This document shows positions 60,161 to 64,000 of a DNA stretch of 64,000 bases, piece after piece. Origin of the DNA: Chiloscyllium plagiosum (taxonomy: Eukaryota). The stretch covers positions 105,169,927 to 105,233,926 of the forward strand of contig NC_057717.1 in the NCBI RefSeq assembly GCF_004010195.1. Reading direction: 5' to 3'. Position 1 is the first letter of the stretch. Each line of letters begins with the position of its first letter. The notes beneath the pieces were generated by a model that worked only from the letters and a program-made list of their open reading frames with translations, ran no database searches and was not told the origin of the DNA. Made by a program: the position numbers and the translations under genes.

Positions 60161-62149
60161 ATCAAAATAGATCAAAAATATAATGCTATTAGAGAGACAA
60201 TTATTTTGGAAGAGTTCAAAAATTCACTTCCTGAAGTAGTAAGAACTCATGTGGAAGAGCAGAGAGTTAAGACTACAAGATTAGCAGCAGCAGATGTTGA
60301 TTCATAAATCAAAGTTTGGCTTCTGACACCAATTTCAATCTGTGAGGAATAGAAATTGGAGGAAAGAGAAATCCTCAGGTAGTAAGGGAAAAGAAGATCT
60401 CGTTGAAGACAGAAAAGTTGGTTTACCACAGAATAAAAAGGAAACCAATGAGGGGGAAAGAAAAGGAAAAAAGCTCAAGAGTTTTCACTATACTAAAGTA
60501 GGCCACATACACTCACAGTGTTGGTGGTTTGACAAAAGCATTGGGAAGACAGATGTGGGAAAACAAGATAAGCCAATAAGTTTTATTGAAATAGTAGAGG
60601 AAAGCACAGTGCAAGCTAAAAATATGCAACAGAATGCACAACCTGATCAGAGGTTGGTTGAGAAGAAAGTGCCAGATCTCTTTAAAAAATTTACTTGTGT
60701 GGGTAAAGTTTACTCATGTATGCCTTGGGAGCAGGTAAAGATATTAAAATTTTAAGAGTTACGAAGCAAGTCAATCTTTGATGGTGAGAGATGAAGAGTT
60801 ATGTAATTCAAAAAGAGTATTGCCAGAAAAGGTGATAATTTGTGGAATTCATGGTGAGAAGATCAATGTTGTATTATATAAATACAGTTGAGTGTCCAGT
60901 AAAAAGTGGTGAAATGGTTCCTGACATACAGCTTATCATTGATATAGCTGAATCACAGGTGGGAATGATTCCTCCTGTAGTGAAAAATCAAGCAACTGAG
61001 GTAGTACAGGAACTACATCATGGGATTTTTCCTGACTCTATGGTAACAAGATCACAAAGCCATAGTCATAGCAGGAAGAAAAATCAAAGAATAAAGGTAA
61101 AGACATTGAAGTTCAATTATCAGAGACTATGTTTGATCAAATCATTGAGAAAAAAGACAGGAACAGGTGAAGGACAAAGTGGATATTTTTAGTTCAGAGA
61201 AACTAACTGAATTACAGCAAAAAGATGAAAAACTAAAGTAGTTTTATCAAAACTTATGCATAAAAGAACTTGAGTGTATCCCAAAATGTTACTATCTTAA
61301 AAATGATGTCTTAATGAGAAAATGGAGACCATTACATATTCAGGCCGATGAGAAATGGGCAAAGGTTCATCAGTTTGTTATAGAAACGAGGTGCTGCAGG
61401 TAACTCATGAATTACCAGTAGGAAGTCATTTGTGAGTAAGAAAAACTCAAGCCAAAATACAAAATCATTTTTATTGGCCTGGACTGCATAACAATGTGGT
61501 TGAATTTGGTCTGGTCTACAAAAAATTATCCACCACCAATCATGAGTGAATATGCCAGAACAGCAGAACTTAGATCTAATCCATTGATTGGAATCAATTC
61601 TCTCTGCCTAACACTTGCTGCCAATGCTGTTGGCATACAAGTATTCCTGCTTTGTACCCTTCACTAGGTTGATACCTCATTTTTAAGTAAGCCTGGTACT
61701 GCTCCTGATATGCCTTGCTGCACTTTTCGTTGAATCAAGGTTCAGCCTGTCATCATGGTAGAATGTGAGCTATGCTGGACAATGATGTTGCAGATTGTGT
61801 TGGAGTGTGATTCTGCATTTGTGATGGCCCACAATGCCTTATTTATGCCCAGTCTTGAGTTGCTACATGTGTTTGAAGTTTGTATTATTTAGCATGATGA
61901 TCATCCCTCACAACACGATGTAAAGTATTCTCAACATGCTGGCAGGTCTTTGTCTCCACAATAAGATCAGTTCTACCAATACAGTCATGGTCAGATGCTT
62001 CTGAGGCAAGCAGATTGGAGAAGATGAGGTCAAGTATGTTTTTACCTCTTATTGGTTTCCTCGCCACCCCTACAGTAGATCCAGTCAAGCAGCAATGCCC
62101 TTTGGGATTCGACTTGCACAATCAGTAGTACTGCTGCCAAGCAACACTT

Positions 62150-64000
62150 GGTGAGGATTCTTGTATTCAGCTAAGTACAGGTTTATATTACTCAAATTCT
62201 TTAAGATCCATCTGTTTTTGAGATGAACCAAATAAACTTTCTCTTGTATATCTTTTCTGAGATAAGGGGACCAAACGTTTTCACAGTATTTTTGGGGTGA
62301 TCTAATCAATGATTTGTACAGTTTTAGCAAGATTTTCCTATTTTTATACTCCATTCCACTTTGAACAAAGGCCAACATTCCATTTGCATTCCCTATTACC
62401 CACTGAACTTGGATGCTGGCTTTTTGTGATTCTTGCACGAGGATCCTTAAGCCCCTCTATACTGCAGCTTTCAGCAGTTTTTCTCGATTTAATTAATATT
62501 CACTTTCTCTACTCTTTCTGTCAAAGTGCATGAACTCGCATTTTCCCACATTTTAGTCCAACTGACAACTTGTTTGCCTACTCACTTGGTGTCACCTTCA
62601 TCTGTTGCCTCCCATCTACTTTTGTGACCATTACGAACTTGGAGATGTTACATTCAGTTCCTCATCCAAGTAATTAATACATATTGGAAATAATTGTGGC
62701 TATAGCACTGACCCCTGTACCACTCCACTAATTACAGGTTGCTATTCTGAAAATGTCCTCTGAAACTGTCCCAACTCTCTGTCTCCTATTCGTTAGCCAA
62801 TCCTCTAAGTATCATAATATATTACCTGCAACACTTGGGCTCTTATTTAGTAGCTTTATGTGCAATACCTTTTCAAATACATTTTGGAAACCAAATTAAT
62901 TACATCTACTGGTTCCTCTTTAACTATCCAGCTTGTTATCCCCCGAAAGAATTCTAATAACTTTTTCAGGCATGATTTCCCCTTCATGAAGCCATGCTGA
63001 CTCTTCTTGAACATATTGGAGGACATTTAAATGCTCTATTATTACATCCTTTATTAATAAACACTAACTTTTTCTCACTAACAAATATTAAGCTAATGGG
63101 CCTTTCGCTGTCTGTCTTTATCTCCCTCCCTTTATGAGCAAGGATAGCACATTGGCAGTTTTCCAATCTCCTGGACGTTTCCAGAATCTAAGGATTCTTG
63201 GAAGATTACTATCAGCCCATCAGGTCTTAGAGATTAATCAGCCTTTAGACCTATTAGTAACCCTGGTGTTTTTTCTCTTGTGATAATTAATCTATTTGTA
63301 TCCTCCATACCTCTGCCCTAGATTATTTGCCATTTTTGGAATCCTATTAGTGTCTTCTAATGTGAAGATTGATGCAAAATCCTCAACTCCTCTACCAGTT
63401 CTTAGTTTCCTGTTATTATTTCCTCAGTCTCATTCTAAAGGGCTTACATTGTTCCTCGGCAGTTTTTTCTACTGAACACCTTACCCAGTCCACTCCGGCC
63501 ACCTCTGCCCTCATTCAGAGGTAGTTACCCTTAATTAAATTCAGCACTATTGTTTCTGACACAAGTTGCCCATTCTCAAGCCAAATGCCAAATTGTACAA
63601 TGTTATGGTCACTGTTTCCTACAGGATCTTTTACACTAACATTATTTATTAAACCTGCCTCATTACACATTATCAGATCCAAAATAGTCTGATCCCTGAT
63701 TGGATACTCAATACAATGCTCTAGGAAACTGTCCAAAATACACACTTTGAATTCTTCCTGGTCAACAATGATTTATATACTGCTTTGCTTACCTTCTTCC
63801 CTTTGCTATTTCTTACCTCCACCCGTACGGATCCCATATCTTCCTATCCAAGATAATTTCTTGCTATTGTACTTATTCCATCTTGTACTAAAAAAGCTAC
63901 CCCACCACCTTTTCCTTTCTGCCTGGCCTTCTGAAAAGTTATGTATCCATGAATGTTTCACTCCCAGCTTTGCTCCTTATTACTATGTCTCCAAAACAGG
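62150..64000 (-). mobile_element. Decayed CR1 ORF2 (APE + RT)
   Basis: ANGMLAF..KLYKSLIRSP..WSPYLRKD; RPISLI; LDSFLEHCIEYPIRDQTILDLIMCN..VGNSDHN. Confidence 0.85.

Larger units (their letters stand above)
57857..61520 (+). mobile_element. Second Gmr1-type Gypsy element: 5' LTR (57857-58520), degenerate tRNA-Pro PBS, gag-SCAN, PR remnant, INT zinc finger; 3'-truncated
   Basis: LTR tgtgatg..gtccataata, then TGGGGGGCTCTTGTTGGGAT (cf. PBS-Pro TGGGGGCTCGTCCGGGAT). DVEAFFFSFEEVAKQ, VPEAYRQ, IILEEFKNSLP, HELPVGSHL..RKTQAKIQNHFYWPGLH. Confidence 0.85.

Overview
Vertebrate genomic DNA made almost entirely of nested, decayed retroelements, with three N-gaps. It is very likely from a shark or other elasmobranch, judging by the HE1-type tRNA-derived SINEs and CR1/HER1-like LINEs. 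I recognise no intact host protein-coding gene. The window contains: a CpG-rich Tx1/L1-clade LINE 3' end; many CR1 LINEs (ORF1 zinc finger plus SGNH esterase; ORF2 APE plus RT); an RTE fragment; several Penelope-like (PLE, GIY-YIG) families; two Gmr1-type Gypsy elements with SCAN-like gag (one shows the full PR-INT-RT-RH order); several solo LTRs, one ERV-like; a Tc1/mariner-type MITE; and SINEs. Four features stand out. (1) About a dozen minimal hammerhead-ribozyme cores from three PLE families, several inside tiny TSD-flanked fold-back elements that place a ribozyme core on each strand. (2) A clean twin-priming 5' inversion in a CR1 with a 7-bp TSD. (3) Three independent microhomology-flanked templated insertions (140-282 bp) copied from nearby DNA. 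(4) An ERV-like solo LTR inside a Gmr1 gag. Family names come from motif recognition by eye, not database searches.
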